DNA of 64,000 nucleotides, from assembly GCA_963836075.1 (NCBI GenBank), contig CAWIIB010000001.1, positions 1,856,001 to 1,920,000 on the forward strand, written 5' to 3'. Below the pieces are notes generated by a model that saw only the letters and a list, made by a program, of their open reading frames with translations, searched no databases and was not told the DNA's origin. The stretch is from an uncultured Acidobacteriota bacterium (GTDB lineage Bacteria > Acidobacteriota > JAQAZP01). Of the stretch, positions 10,368 through 20,864 are shown in pieces (positions within the stretch are counted from its first letter, which is position 1; the number at the start of each line of letters is the position of its first letter). The position numbers and the translations under genes are program-made.

Positions 10368-10711
10368 GGAACCAGCAATCATCGGAAAAATTTCTTGATT
10401 TCTGCAATTTGTTGCCTTAAATTGAATACGCTGCCACTCAGGCACACACCACACACAACTAAACGACTGGTCGAAAACTCGCACTGATCCTGCGACAGGC
10501 CATCGATCCCGTCGATGACGGACTACGCAAACAGGATCCAGGGAGGCCGAGTCTTGCGTGGACACGTGCTGAAACTGCCTCAACCACGCCCCGGAGGGGC
10601 GGTAGTCCGTCCGGGGCGCGACACAGCAGTATGCGAACCCGCGTGAAGCTGCTTACGGTAGTACCAGTTGTCACCACATTTCATACCAAGACAAAAACAA
10701 TGAGGGAGAAA

Positions 10712-12719
10712 ATGAGAAAGCTCGGATCCATGAGCCCCTTTAACGGCATCCTCCTCACCCTGATCTTCTTCTTGGTCACCGGCTGTTTCGCCGCCACCCA
10801 GGTTGCACTGGCAGAAAGCGGATCAGGCGTTGTCACGCCTTCGGTCTCGGCGACCGAGACCGCGAGCAATACGCCCCTCCCGCCGTCAGCTTCCACGGTG
10901 CAGGTAAAGAGAAGTGCCCATGCCGAAGAGCTGCACGCAGCGCGTCTGGCCGGCGATCTGGCGGCGGTACAGGCCCTGGAAGCCTCAGCGTCAATCCAGC
11001 CTGCCGTTGGCGAGAATTGCGGTCAGCCCGCACTGCGCACAAGCGGCGCCGTCTGCGGATCCGGCGAACCACAGGTGACGGCCACCTCGAACAGGAAAGC
11101 CGCTGCCCCGTCAGACGGAGATCGGGCGACCTTCGGCGCGGATATTAAGGTGAGAACGAGCGACTACGACACCATGGAGATCAATCCCTCCATGGCTTCC
11201 GATTCGGACGGCAATCTCTACGCGGCCTTCCAGACCGATCTCTCCACCACCGGCTACTTCTACATCCAGCTGTACAGGTCCATCGACGGCGGCGTTACGT
11301 GGGATGGATACGGATTCGTGCTCGCCACGGACACTCACCTGCTGACCCCCTCCATCGCCATCGGTGAGGGGACCGCGGATACGCTGCTCCTGGCCTACAT
11401 CGTTGACGATGGATCGAGCACCCCCTACCCTGAAGTGGCCACCGCTCCACTGGGATCAAGCACCTTCACCATCCAGAAGCGTACCGTACGTCAGCACCTG
11501 GGAAGAGTATGCCAAGCCGGTCATCTGGACCGATGCCTACGAGTATCCGGGTTGGTTTGCCTATCTGACCTGCGAAGGGATCTATGATTCATCGGTCGAC
11601 AATATCAATGTCTGCTTCTGGCGCTCCATCGACTTGGGTGTCACCTGGAACTATCCGGCCAGCGGCGGCCCGGCGGTGATCGGGAATCTGGATGCATTCG
11701 CCTGGCTCGATGCCGACGGCACCTACGGCACGACGCAGAACAGGGTATTCCTCGCCTGTTACAACCAGACCGACAGCACGCTCTACAGCCTGGCCAGTGA
11801 TGATTTCGGCAACAACTGGGACGATACCCTCGACCTGAAGGCCATCAGCACCCTGCCCTACGATCCGTATTATCCCGTTGATCCGGACATCGAGGCGGCC
11901 GTTGCCTACGACCACGTGATGCTGGTCTGCACCCACGACCACGATTTCGACGGCCAGGACGACGACGACGTCGGCCAAACCTATTCCACCGATGCCGGGG
12001 AGACCTGGCCTAATCCGCTGTGGAATCTCAATGGGGCAACGGATGATCACGAATTCGGCGCGGACCTGAACGCCAACGAGGGGGGAGGCAGCTGGCACCT
12101 GACCTACACCCGGTGGGAGACCCCCGTCAACGATCACTTCGTCCAGTACAGCCAGCGCCAGCAGGACCTCGGCGACTACTGGCAGTCCTTCCCGGACGTG
12201 GTGGATGACCTGGCCCTGGCCAGTATCGGCTATTCCAAGAAGGGCATCGCCAGCAACTGGTCCACCGACGTGGCGGGAATCTGCTGGGCCGACTACCGGG
12301 ACGGCACACCCGACTACGACCTTTATTTCGACTACGACCGGGGGGGGGCGTCGGGGCCCACGGTGGCCTGTAGCTATTCCTGCAGCCCGAGCTCCGGCCA
12401 GCTGCCCTTCAGCACCCAGATGACCGTGAACATGACCAACCTCTACACCGGTTTCACCCGCACCATTTCCGGACGGATCAATATCAGTACCGCCGGCGGC
12501 GGATACATCAGCAATTGGCGCGCGGGATTCACCAACATCCCGGCCGGTGGAACCTTCACCAGATCCTGGAACCAAAACCTCCCCGCCCTGGGAGCACTAT
12601 ACGGAACCAACTACTTCTACATCTACGCCATGGACACCACCGCGAGCCCGTATAACCAGCCGCCATACCCCGCCTCGGGGGATACGGATATCGCAACCTG
12701 TCTTATCGTGGGGAACTGA
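10712..12719 (+). pseudogene. Secreted Asp-box (BNR)/sialidase-like propeller protein with the conserved C-terminal domain, split by a +1 frameshift at ~11477 (pseudogene or sequencing error)
   Basis: Removing one A from ATCCAGAAGCGTA joins ORF 10631..11587 to ORF 11364..12719 (...FTIQ-SVPYVSTWEEY). Asp-boxes RSIDGGVTW, RSIDLGVTW, SDDFGNNW, STDAGETW. GGGAG RBS before ATG 10712. Confidence 0.8.
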
Positions 12720-12732
12720 TCCTGTCGATCCA

Positions 12733-12762
12733 TGGGGGAGGGGGCATTGCCGCCCCCTCCTC
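12733..12762 (+). terminator. Hairpin after the BNR/CTD gene
   Basis: GGAGGGGGC...GCCCCCTCC inverted repeat 14 nt after the stop; weak U-tract. Confidence 0.5.
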
Positions 12763-12891
12763 TGTATCACCCGTGCCCACCGGCTCAGAACTCCCAGTCC
12801 TGGCCCAGACCCGGCAGGTCCATGTCCCGGTTGTCGTTGAGGAGGCAGCTTCGTTCGCCGGCGGTTGGCGGGATCAAGGAATTGCACCCAA

Positions 12892-12927
12892 TAAAACAAA
12901 CGCCCCGGCAACAGGGTGCCGGGGCGT
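12892..12927 (-). terminator. Intrinsic terminator of fadL
   Basis: ACGCCCCGGCA...TGCCGGGGCGT stem followed by TTTGTTTT on the minus strand. Confidence 0.75.
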
Positions 12928-12960
12928 GAATCGGTCATTCGGGTGACGGTCCGAACCGTC

Positions 12961-14328
12961 CTAGAAATTCCAGCTCAACTGGACGCTGAGGATATCCACC
13001 GACGCCTTGTATTCGCCGTGTATCGCGCCGCGGGTCACTTCCTCGGACGCCACACCCTCCTTGTGGATCCCGGCATTGGAAACCATGATGTGGGCGTAAC
13101 CACCGCTCAGCGCGAAGGCATCGTTGATCCGGTACGTGGTGCCCAGGGTCAGCCACCAGCGGTCGTTGCCCGGCACGCGAACCGTGCGCAGCGAGGGGTT
13201 GGGAATGGGCGACTGGTCATAGGCCGCACCGAAACGCCAGTCCCACTTTTCGCCGGGGGTATAGGTCAGCCCCGAGGCAAGACGCCAGGTGTCGTTCCAG
13301 TCGAGGGTGGTCACCGCGTCGCTGGCGCCGCTGGCGAACTTGATGCGCAGTTCCTCGATGCTGCTCCAGCCGGTCCAGGTCGCATCAGCCATCAGCGCCC
13401 ATTCGTCCGAGAGCGCGTGGAAGACGCTGGCCGAAGCGCTCTGGGGCAGGGTGATGTCAGCCGAGGCCGGCCCGTCCACCAGGCCGGACAGCCCGGCCAG
13501 GATGTCGGTGTACGCATTGGGCGAAGTGAAGTCGGCGTCGCCCTCCAGGTCGTAGTCGATCTCCGAACGGTAGGAGAGCCCGTAGCGGGTCCCTTCCGTC
13601 TGCTCGAAGAGGAAGCCGAAGTTGAAACCGTAGCCGTAATCATCGGCCTCAATCTTCACGAACCCGTCATCACCCTGGGGAGTCAGCGGCAGGCCCGCGC
13701 CGACCAGGGTGTTGATCGTGCCGTAGTCGATGGCGTTGCTGAACGTCCCATCCAGCGCCTGGATATTGATCCCCAGACCCGCCGAGAACTTGTCGGTGAA
13801 TTTGAAGGCCACGGTGGGGTTGAAGTTGACGGTCATCACCTCGGAATCGACACCGTGGTAGCGCCCCTTCCAGTCCTCATCATACTTGGTGGCCAGGCCG
13901 AAGGGAACGTTGATGCCGAGACCGAGGAAAAGCTTCTCGCCAAACTGCCCGCTCCAATAGATATTGGGCACGAGCGTGAAACTGCCGGCATTCCCGCCGT
14001 CACCGCCGGTGAGCGGGATCTCCACCCCAAGCAGCGGGGTGAGCGTGGAACCGTCATCGCTGAACTTGGTTGACGGATTGATGCCGTGGAGGCCGACTTC
14101 AATATTCTGCCCCTTAAGCCGGGTCAGGCCGGCCGGGTTGAAGAAGATGGTGGTGGCGTCCTCGGCCACCGCCGCACCGCCGCCAAAGGCGTTGCCCAGC
14201 CCCCTCACCCCCTGCTCGATCAGCGCGAACCCCGAGGCGCGGGCATCCATTGCGCTGCCCCCGGCCAGCAGGGCCGCAGCGATGATGATCAGAACCAACC
14301 GGCATGAATTCGTCCCTTTTCTCGACAT
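12961..14328 (-). CDS. fadL: OmpP1/FadL/TodX family outer-membrane long-chain fatty acid transporter
   Basis: SGFALIEQG...GNAFGG.AA.AEDATTIFFNPAGLT, GLGINVPFGLATKY, C-terminal F. Confidence 0.93.
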   Translation of the reverse strand: MSRKGTNSCRLVLIIIAAALLAGGSAMDARASGFALIEQGVRGLGNAFGGGAAVAEDATTIFFNPAGLTRLKGQNIEVGLHGINPSTKFSDDGSTLTPLLGVEIPLTGGDGGNAGSFTLVPNIYWSGQFGEKLFLGLGINVPFGLATKYDEDWKGRYHGVDSEVMTVNFNPTVAFKFTDKFSAGLGINIQALDGTFSNAIDYGTINTLVGAGLPLTPQGDDGFVKIEADDYGYGFNFGFLFEQTEGTRYGLSYRSEIDYDLEGDADFTSPNAYTDILAGLSGLVDGPASADITLPQSASASVFHALSDEWALMADATWTGWSSIEELRIKFASGASDAVTTLDWNDTWRLASGLTYTPGEKWDWRFGAAYDQSPIPNPSLRTVRVPGNDRWWLTLGTTYRINDAFALSGGYAHIMVSNAGIHKEGVASEEVTRGAIHGEYKASVDILSVQLSWNF

Positions 14329-14572
14329 TGTTCCCCCCTGAATTGTTAAGTTATTAATGATGCCTGCACAGTGCCGCCGCACCGTGCATTCATCCGCCAA
14401 CCGCACGCTACGGCACTCCGGGTTGCCCTCGGTAAAAATGTCTGAAACTGGGACTGCTTACACCAGAATTTTTTGAAATGTAGATGAAACGGGCACTTAT
14501 GTCAAGCGGGGCGGGCCTCCCGGCGGCGCCGGATCAGCGGCGGCGCCGGGAGCGCGTCTGAGGAGGAAATGG

Positions 14573-15223
14573 CTACTTCTGCTTCCACTGGCCGTCGGGC
14601 ATCTGGATCCAGTCTCCGGCCCTGGCATCCCCGCGCAGGGTGGCGGCGTAGGTTTCCTTGATCCGCTCCAGCTGGGAGAGATCCACGTTCTTCGCCGCGG
14701 CGATCTCTTTGAACAGCTGCTCGCGGTCCCGGTTCTCGTCCTTGATCAGCCGCTGCACCTCCGCCCGCTGCTTGAGATCCTTCATTGACTGCAGTTCCCG
14801 GGGAGCCAGCAGGGCGTCGTTGCCCTCACCGACCACGCCCATGTTCTTGAACTTCCTGATCCCCGGCAGGCGGGCGGCACGGGAATCGATGATGCGGCGG
14901 ATGGCCGGGTTGGTGATCTCGGGCCGCGACACCTCGTCGGCGTATGCCGGGGTCACGCCCAGCAGCAGGTCGAACAGACCGGCGGAGTTGGGGGCCGCCT
15001 CTCCTTCTCCGGTTGCCGGCACCGCGTCAACTTCACTCTCGCCCTGGGGCTCGGCAACGGCCGTCTCGGCGGCCTCGGCGGCCTTGAGCGCCACCTCCTC
15101 CTCGATCTGCTCCGAGATGTCCTTGATCGCCGCCTCGGGGAAATAGACGTTGATCGTGACGCAGGCGATGATCAACAGGGCGGCACAACCGGTGACGGTC
15201 AACAGGGTCATTCTGGTCTTCAT
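14573..15223 (-). CDS. YdbL/DUF1318-family lipoprotein (YnbE-like N-terminus)
   Basis: Lipobox IIAC then VTINVYFPEAA; GVVGEGNDALL...ENRDR...F.EIA...A.AGDWIQ..DGQW. Confidence 0.85.
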   Translation of the reverse strand: MKTRMTLLTVTGCAALLIIACVTINVYFPEAAIKDISEQIEEEVALKAAEAAETAVAEPQGESEVDAVPATGEGEAAPNSAGLFDLLLGVTPAYADEVSRPEITNPAIRRIIDSRAARLPGIRKFKNMGVVGEGNDALLAPRELQSMKDLKQRAEVQRLIKDENRDREQLFKEIAAAKNVDLSQLERIKETYAATLRGDARAGDWIQMPDGQWKQK

Positions 15224-15265
15224 GGCAAGTCTCCTTTTCCTCCAGTGGGATATGTTCAGTATACC

Positions 15266-18200
15266 CTAAGGTTGTGTAACAGGTTTATCCCGGCGTTCGT
15301 TTCCGCTCTCACCGGTGTCAGTGGTGGCCTGTGAAAAATCGAGCGACTGCAGCCGGGCCAGCATGGTGCTGAAGGAAACGGTCTTGCCAGGTTCGGCATT
15401 GACCACGTCGATGCGGAAGGGCAGCCGGCCCTTGAGAAAGAGTTCCCGGTCGCCGCGCTGTTCGGTGCCGCGGAGATAGAACATATCCTTTTCCAGCCGC
15501 ATCTTCACCCCCAGTTGCTCGTAGGTGTAGCGGTCGAGCAGGGAGTGAATTCCACGGTCGAAGATGGTGATTCGGCCGCCGGTGCCGACGATGGCGATGT
15601 TGTTGATCGCCTTCACGTTTATGGTCTGCGGAACGCCCTTCCGGGGCACGGTCCGCATCTCCGCCCGGAACCCCACCGGCGTGCCGGCAAAAAGACGGCA
15701 CTCGATGACCGATCCCTCGAGAATGCCGGTGACCTCGCCGAAATCGAAGGTCCGGGTGAGCCGGGCCAGGTCGATATTGCTGAAATCGGCGGAGAAGGAG
15801 AGACGTGGATAGCGGGAGAGCACCTCCTCGCCGGAGATGTCGCTGATCTTCACCGTTCCGCCGAACAGGGACATCTCGCCGCCGCCGTCCACCCGCAGCC
15901 TGGTTGGCGAGAGGACAACCCGCGGGAGGCTCCCCTCCAGTTCACCTTCGAAAGGCGGCCAGTCCATGGCCCGGCTCAGCTCACCCAGCTGCAGCCCCGC
16001 GAGGGTGATCCCCGCTTCCAGCCGCCGGTCCGCGCCCCCCAGCCCGGCCAGGGTCATCCGGTGAAACATAACCGTGCCGCCGAGCAGCGAGATGCTCTGC
16101 GGCTCTTCGAGACTAACCGTATCGCCCTGCACCACCAGGCCGGAATCAGTCCGCTGGAAGGTGAAGGTTTCCAACCTCAGTTCGTCGAAGCCCATCCGTC
16201 CCCGCCGGGCAGGGCCGTCCACTGACCTCGTCCCGTCCTCGGCCGGCGGTCCCCAGACCAGGTCCAGCGGCAGATCGAGATCCAGCCCCCGCACCGCCAT
16301 GGTCCGTTCCGCCCCGGTAAGGTCCAACCCGGCCAGGTGCACCAGGCCATGGAGGGTGGCGCCCTCCCCGGCAACCTGTCCCTCGGCAAAGGCGTTGATG
16401 ATACCGCCGACATCCAGGCGCTCCAGCAGTGGCAGCGAGTCGCCCAAGGGCTGACGGGCGCAGCGATCGAAAGCCGCCGCCAGGTCTTCCACCACCAGGG
16501 CAGCGGAGAACCGGCGGTCCGGGCCCTCGGCGCCGGAGAGCGATGCCCGGAGCCGGAGACCGGGAACCGGTTGCAGTCCGCCCTCGGCCCACCAGCGGCC
16601 GGCACTCCCCTCCTCCTCTTCCAGGCCCGCAGCCAGACGGATCTGCGGTTCAAGATCCTCGAAGTCACCATAGACCGAACCCCAGAGCAGCTGGAAGCCG
16701 CCGGCGCTGGTGGTGGCCTCCCCGCGAAGGGATCCGTCCGCCCCGGCCTGCGCCGTGACCTGCCAGGTTGAGGCCAGGCCCTGGACCGCCCGGGCGCCGT
16801 CCTCCGAAGCGAACCAGGCATCGCCGATGTCGATGGTACCGGCGGCCGACCAGCCGGTGATGTCTGAATATGCCGCATCGCCCCCGCCACTCACCGCAGC
16901 CTGCAGTTCGTACCCCGGCAGCAGTTCCCCGGTGAGGGGCAGCAGTGCCTGGCGGATGGCCGGCAGGTCGGCTTGGTCCAGACTGAGGGTGGCGGTGACC
17001 TGCGGGTCATGGTCCGGGTTCCACCGGCCCTGGCCGCTGATCCGCACCAGGTCACCCAGTGTCGCCCCCTGGATCTCGAACCGGCCCTGCCATGTTGCCG
17101 GGTCGATCCTGCCCGAGCCGGAAAGGGACAGCGGCCGCGGGTCCAGCGGCCCCGTTTTGAGAGTTCCATTGAGACTCAGGCCGGGAACGCCCAGGCCGTC
17201 CTGCTCGCGGAAGCGGAAATCCACGGCCAGCGTCCCCTCGCTCAACTCCAGCGGACAGCCCGGCTGACCCTTCGATTCCAGGCAGAATGCCACCTCGTCC
17301 AGCTCCAGCCTGCCGCTCACCAGCGGCTGGTCCAGGGGCCCGCGGACATCCCCGGCGGCTCGCGGTGAACCGTCGAGGGCATATCGTTTCGAGATATGGA
17401 GGCCAAATCCCACGGCCAGCCGGCGCAATGCGGGGATGGCCGGCCCGGACCAGTTCCAGGAGGCGTCCAGCAGGTTGTCCGAGCCGCCCCCGAAGAGGAG
17501 TGAACCATCGGCCCGCAGTGTGCCGGCGGCTGCCGACACGACCCGGGCCCCGCCCGCGGTGCGCCAGTGGCCAGAGGCCTCGTCCCGTTCCACCCTCCCC
17601 TCGTAAGTCAGTTCCAACGGACAGAGGCTGTCCAGCTGCCGCGGTTCGCCGGGGCCCTTCACCTCGCCGCCCAGGGGCAGCGTCAGGGCCTCGGCCAGGG
17701 CGTCGATCCGGCAGAGCGGCCTCCCCTCAGCGGTCCGTTCGAGGATAAGTTCGGCCCGGCCCCGGCCGGCAACCCCTTCCCGCACCAGGCCCAGGGCGAA
17801 GAGGAACTGGATCGGGTCGGCGGTATCCACGATGACCCGGTCGAACCAGAAGTCGTCGCCGTCGGCGGTCACCCCTCCTTCCATCTCCAGGGTGGCCAGG
17901 TCGGGAGACTCGGCGTTGACGATGAAACGCCACCCATCCCCCGGTCCCTCCACCAGCCGCACGGTCCCGGCCGGGAACGGCAGCGGATCACGCCCCGGTT
18001 CGCGGAAGGGAACCACACCTCCGGCCCGAACCTCGACCAGCGCTGCCGCATCACCGCGGCCGAAACCGAGATCGATTTCCACATTCGCCACCGGCTGGCC
18101 CAGGTCGAGGGGCGTGCCATCGATGAAATCGGCCGCCTCATCCGATCCGGCGAGAATGGAGAGCAGCGGGACCAGCGGCAGCTGCCCTGAGCGCAACCGC

Positions 18201-18694
18201 ACTCCCCCCCCGAGGCCCGTGCCCAGGCCGGTGATCTCCCCGGCCACTTCAAACCGGCTCTCCCCGCCCCCGCCCCTGACGAAGAGGTCTGCATCGGAGA
18301 TCACCAGCCGCCCCACCTCCACACCGGCCGTCTCCTCCTTTTCCGGAGGCCGTTCCGCGCTCTCCCGCACCGTGGCGGTGACGCCCTCCAGGACGATCTC
18401 CTCGAAGCGGTTCCCCAGAATCGAGCCCGGGCTGCCGGTGACGGTGAGCCGGTCCACGCGGAGCGTCTCGAGCCACGGGTAGGCACGCATCCGGCGCACG
18501 CCGAAGCCGTGGAGGACAAAGATCCGCCGGCTCAGGATCTCCAACCGGTCCAGCTCCACCTCGGCATCCAGCGCCCGGGCCAGCGCGGACTGGACCTGCC
18601 GTCGCGGCCAGTCCCGGGCCAGCCAGACGGTGAGGGCCGCCCCCAACACCAGGGCCAGGAGAATCCAGAGCAGGATGTGGTACCGCTTCTTCAT
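15266..18694 (-). CDS. AsmA-like / YdbH-like intermembrane lipid-bridge protein
   Basis: N-terminal membrane anchor (MKKRYHILLWILLALVLG), long Gly-rich beta-strand body, C-terminal LTRTFDFGEVTG.LEG...INVKAINNI...Y..LG. Directly upstream of the YdbL-like gene. Confidence 0.75.
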   Translation of the reverse strand: MKKRYHILLWILLALVLGAALTVWLARDWPRRQVQSALARALDAEVELDRLEILSRRIFVLHGFGVRRMRAYPWLETLRVDRLTVTGSPGSILGNRFEEIVLEGVTATVRESAERPPEKEETAGVEVGRLVISDADLFVRGGGGESRFEVAGEITGLGTGLGGGVRLRSGQLPLVPLLSILAGSDEAADFIDGTPLDLGQPVANVEIDLGFGRGDAAALVEVRAGGVVPFREPGRDPLPFPAGTVRLVEGPGDGWRFIVNAESPDLATLEMEGGVTADGDDFWFDRVIVDTADPIQFLFALGLVREGVAGRGRAELILERTAEGRPLCRIDALAEALTLPLGGEVKGPGEPRQLDSLCPLELTYEGRVERDEASGHWRTAGGARVVSAAAGTLRADGSLLFGGGSDNLLDASWNWSGPAIPALRRLAVGFGLHISKRYALDGSPRAAGDVRGPLDQPLVSGRLELDEVAFCLESKGQPGCPLELSEGTLAVDFRFREQDGLGVPGLSLNGTLKTGPLDPRPLSLSGSGRIDPATWQGRFEIQGATLGDLVRISGQGRWNPDHDPQVTATLSLDQADLPAIRQALLPLTGELLPGYELQAAVSGGGDAAYSDITGWSAAGTIDIGDAWFASEDGARAVQGLASTWQVTAQAGADGSLRGEATTSAGGFQLLWGSVYGDFEDLEPQIRLAAGLEEEEGSAGRWWAEGGLQPVPGLRLRASLSGAEGPDRRFSAALVVEDLAAAFDRCARQPLGDSLPLLERLDVGGIINAFAEGQVAGEGATLHGLVHLAGLDLTGAERTMAVRGLDLDLPLDLVWGPPAEDGTRSVDGPARRGRMGFDELRLETFTFQRTDSGLVVQGDTVSLEEPQSISLLGGTVMFHRMTLAGLGGADRRLEAGITLAGLQLGELSRAMDWPPFEGELEGSLPRVVLSPTRLRVDGGGEMSLFGGTVKISDISGEEVLSRYPRLSFSADFSNIDLARLTRTFDFGEVTGILEGSVIECRLFAGTPVGFRAEMRTVPRKGVPQTINVKAINNIAIVGTGGRITIFDRGIHSLLDRYTYEQLGVKMRLEKDMFYLRGTEQRGDRELFLKGRLPFRIDVVNAEPGKTVSFSTMLARLQSLDFSQATTDTGESGNERRDKPVTQP

Positions 18695-18778
18695 CGAACG
18701 CTTCCGAGAAGTGGCAGGCGTGAATGCAACAGTATGAGGAGGTGCACTCTTATGATTATCAGGCCCCCTTTGTTGCAA

Positions 18779-19450
18779 CTAGTCCTGGTTCCCGGCCGAG
18801 GGGCAGATGTCGGCGAGGACACACTCACCGCACTTCGGTTTACGCGAGGGGCAGACGGCGCGGCCATGGTCGATGAGCAGGTGGCTGAGCAGGGTCCAGT
18901 CCTTGCGGGGGAAAAGCGGCATCAGGTCCTGTTCGATCTTGTCCGGGCTGCTCTGGCTGCTGAACCCCAGGCGGCCGCTGAGCCGTTTTACGTGGGTGTC
19001 CACCACCACGCCGATGTTCCGGCCAAAGGCGTTGCCCAGCACCACGTTGGCGGTCTTCCTCGCCACTCCCCGGAGGGCGGTCAGCTCTTCCATGGTCCGG
19101 GGCACCTGGCCGCCGTGCTGCTCGACGATGGCCCGGCTGCAGGCGATCAGCGATGCGGCCTTGTTGCGGTAGAAACCAGTGGGGCGAATCAGTCCCTCCA
19201 GTTTCTCCCTGTCGGCCCGGGCCATGGCTTCCGCGTCGGGGTAGGCGGCGAAAAGGGCCGGGGTCACCTTGTTCACCATCACGTCGGTGCACTGGGCGGA
19301 GAGAATGGTGGCGGCCAGCAGGCGGAAGGGGCTGTCGTGCACCAGGCCGCAGGCCGAATCGGGGTAGGCCTTTTTCAGCCGCCGCAGGGCCAGACGGGCG
19401 CGCTGGTCCGCCGGGGAACCGCTGCGGGTCTTCACTTTTCGTGTGGCCAT
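18779..19450 (-). CDS. nth: Endonuclease III
   Basis: LLAATILSAQCTD..VN, HhH LRGVARKTANVVL, VVDTHVKR, C-X6-C-X2-C-X5-C FeS motif. Confidence 0.96.
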   Translation of the reverse strand: MATRKVKTRSGSPADQRARLALRRLKKAYPDSACGLVHDSPFRLLAATILSAQCTDVMVNKVTPALFAAYPDAEAMARADREKLEGLIRPTGFYRNKAASLIACSRAIVEQHGGQVPRTMEELTALRGVARKTANVVLGNAFGRNIGVVVDTHVKRLSGRLGFSSQSSPDKIEQDLMPLFPRKDWTLLSHLLIDHGRAVCPSRKPKCGECVLADICPSAGNQD

Positions 19451-19452
19451 GC

Positions 19453-20289
19453 TCACCCGAGGATCGAATAGCCGCCGTCCACGATGATGGTCTGACCCAC
19501 GATCTGGTCGGTACAGCGGTTGCAGAGAAAGAGGATCACGTCGGCCACGTCGTCGGGGGTGGTGAGCCGGCCCGAGGGGGTCCGCTCCCTGGCAGAGCCG
19601 ATCAGCTCGTCCCGATTGGGGAAGTGCTTCAGGGCATCGGTGTCCACCACCCCGGCGGAGACGCAATTGACCCGCACGCCCCGCGGGGCCAGCTCCACCG
19701 CCAGGTGGCGGACCAGCGACTCCAGTGCGGCCTTGGAGGCACCCACCGCGGTGTAGTTGGGCAGGGCGCGGATGGCGCCCAGGGAGGAGACGGCGATGAT
19801 GTGGCCCCGGCGGCCCTCCATCAGCGGCACGGCGTGGCGGGCCAGGGGGATCATGGTCCCGGCGTTGATGTCCATGGTCCAGTGCCAGTGGCGCTCGGTG
19901 AGTTCCAGGGCCGGCTTGAGCACCCCGGAGGCGGCATTGGAGACGAGGATGTCCAGCTGGCCGAACTCCTCCTTGATCTGCCGGAACATCTCGGCCACCG
20001 CGTCCTCGTTGGCCACGTTGGCCTTGACGATCAGGGCTTTCATCCCCGCCGCCCGGACTTCCTCGGCCACCTCCTCGGCGGCCTTTCGCTGGCGGAAGTA
20101 GTTGACCACGATGTGGCAATTGGCCTTGGCCAGCCGGACGGCAATTGCGCGGCCGATGCCCCGGCTGCCGCCGGTGATCAGGGCCACCCGGCCGTGCTGG
20201 TGCAGCCCGCACCCTCCGCTTTCGCAATCCCTGGAAACTGTTTTCACCTGGCACCCCCTTAAGGTCACCCGGACCGATGCCGCCGCCAT
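19453..20289 (-). CDS. fabL: SDR family enoyl-ACP reductase, FabL-like
   Basis: ALITGGSRGIG, VSNAASGVLKP, NYTAVGASKAALESLVRHLAVEL, VDTDALKHFPNR. Start uncertain. Confidence 0.85.
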   Translation of the reverse strand: MAAASVRVTLRGCQVKTVSRDCESGGCGLHQHGRVALITGGSRGIGRAIAVRLAKANCHIVVNYFRQRKAAEEVAEEVRAAGMKALIVKANVANEDAVAEMFRQIKEEFGQLDILVSNAASGVLKPALELTERHWHWTMDINAGTMIPLARHAVPLMEGRRGHIIAVSSLGAIRALPNYTAVGASKAALESLVRHLAVELAPRGVRVNCVSAGVVDTDALKHFPNRDELIGSARERTPSGRLTTPDDVADVILFLCNRCTDQIVGQTIIVDGGYSILG

Positions 20290-20403
20290 CCGCCCGAAAT
20301 CCTGTTCTGCACAATCGATAGATATGGACCAACACTCCTATTGTATCCAATTTACCACAGGATACCAGTCCGCCGGGGCGCAGAAACCGGGGCCGTTATT
20401 CTC

Positions 20404-20464
20404 TTGACAGTGGGGGTGCCCCGCAGTATTCTTAGCCGGCTAAAATAATGTTCGGTTGGTCTAA
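20404..20464 (+). promoter_or_regulatory. Sigma70-type promoter of feoAB with overlapping DtxR-like operators
   Basis: TTGACA(20404)-N17-TATTCT; palindrome TTAGCCGGCTAA at 20432-20443; TTCGGTTGGTCTAA at 20451-20464. Confidence 0.7.
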
Positions 20465-20529
20465 ACCAGCGGAATGAACCGGCCGAACAGAAGAGTGGGC
20501 CGGAAGTTGCCACCAACGAAGGAGCCGGG

Positions 20530-20820
20530 ATGAAAGGGCGTCGTCAAAAGCACCAGCGCGGCGGCTGCAGGAAGGGGCTGAAAGGCCCCTCTATCCCGCT
20601 CGATACGATCCGGGTTTCCCAGGAGGCGGTGATCACCTCTTTCGACGCCCTCAACGGTGAGGCCGCACGGCTTCGCGACCTTGGGATTCGGGAGGGAAGC
20701 CGGGTGCGCATCATCCTCAGCAGCCCGAACCAGATGATCGTGGCCGTCGACCAGGCGCGTGTGGGGCTGCCCAAGAAAGTGGCCAGCCTGGTTCTGGTGC
20801 GCCAGGTCGCCCCGGCCTGA
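20530..20820 (+). CDS. feoA: Ferrous iron transport protein A
   Basis: RLRDLGIREGSRV SH3-like FeoA motif; upstream of feoB; AAGGAG RBS. Confidence 0.9.
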   Translation: MKGRRQKHQRGGCRKGLKGPSIPLDTIRVSQEAVITSFDALNGEAARLRDLGIREGSRVRIILSSPNQMIVAVDQARVGLPKKVASLVLVRQVAPA

Positions 20821-20864
20821 TCCCCTGCCCGCCTTTTTGACCCGTTTCACCACGAAACAGGAAC

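Noticed and set aside
19451-20350. 523-aa ORF suggesting an N-terminally extended endonuclease III
   Set aside because: The extension is an alternative frame of the FabL-like gene; Nth homology starts at ATG 19450.
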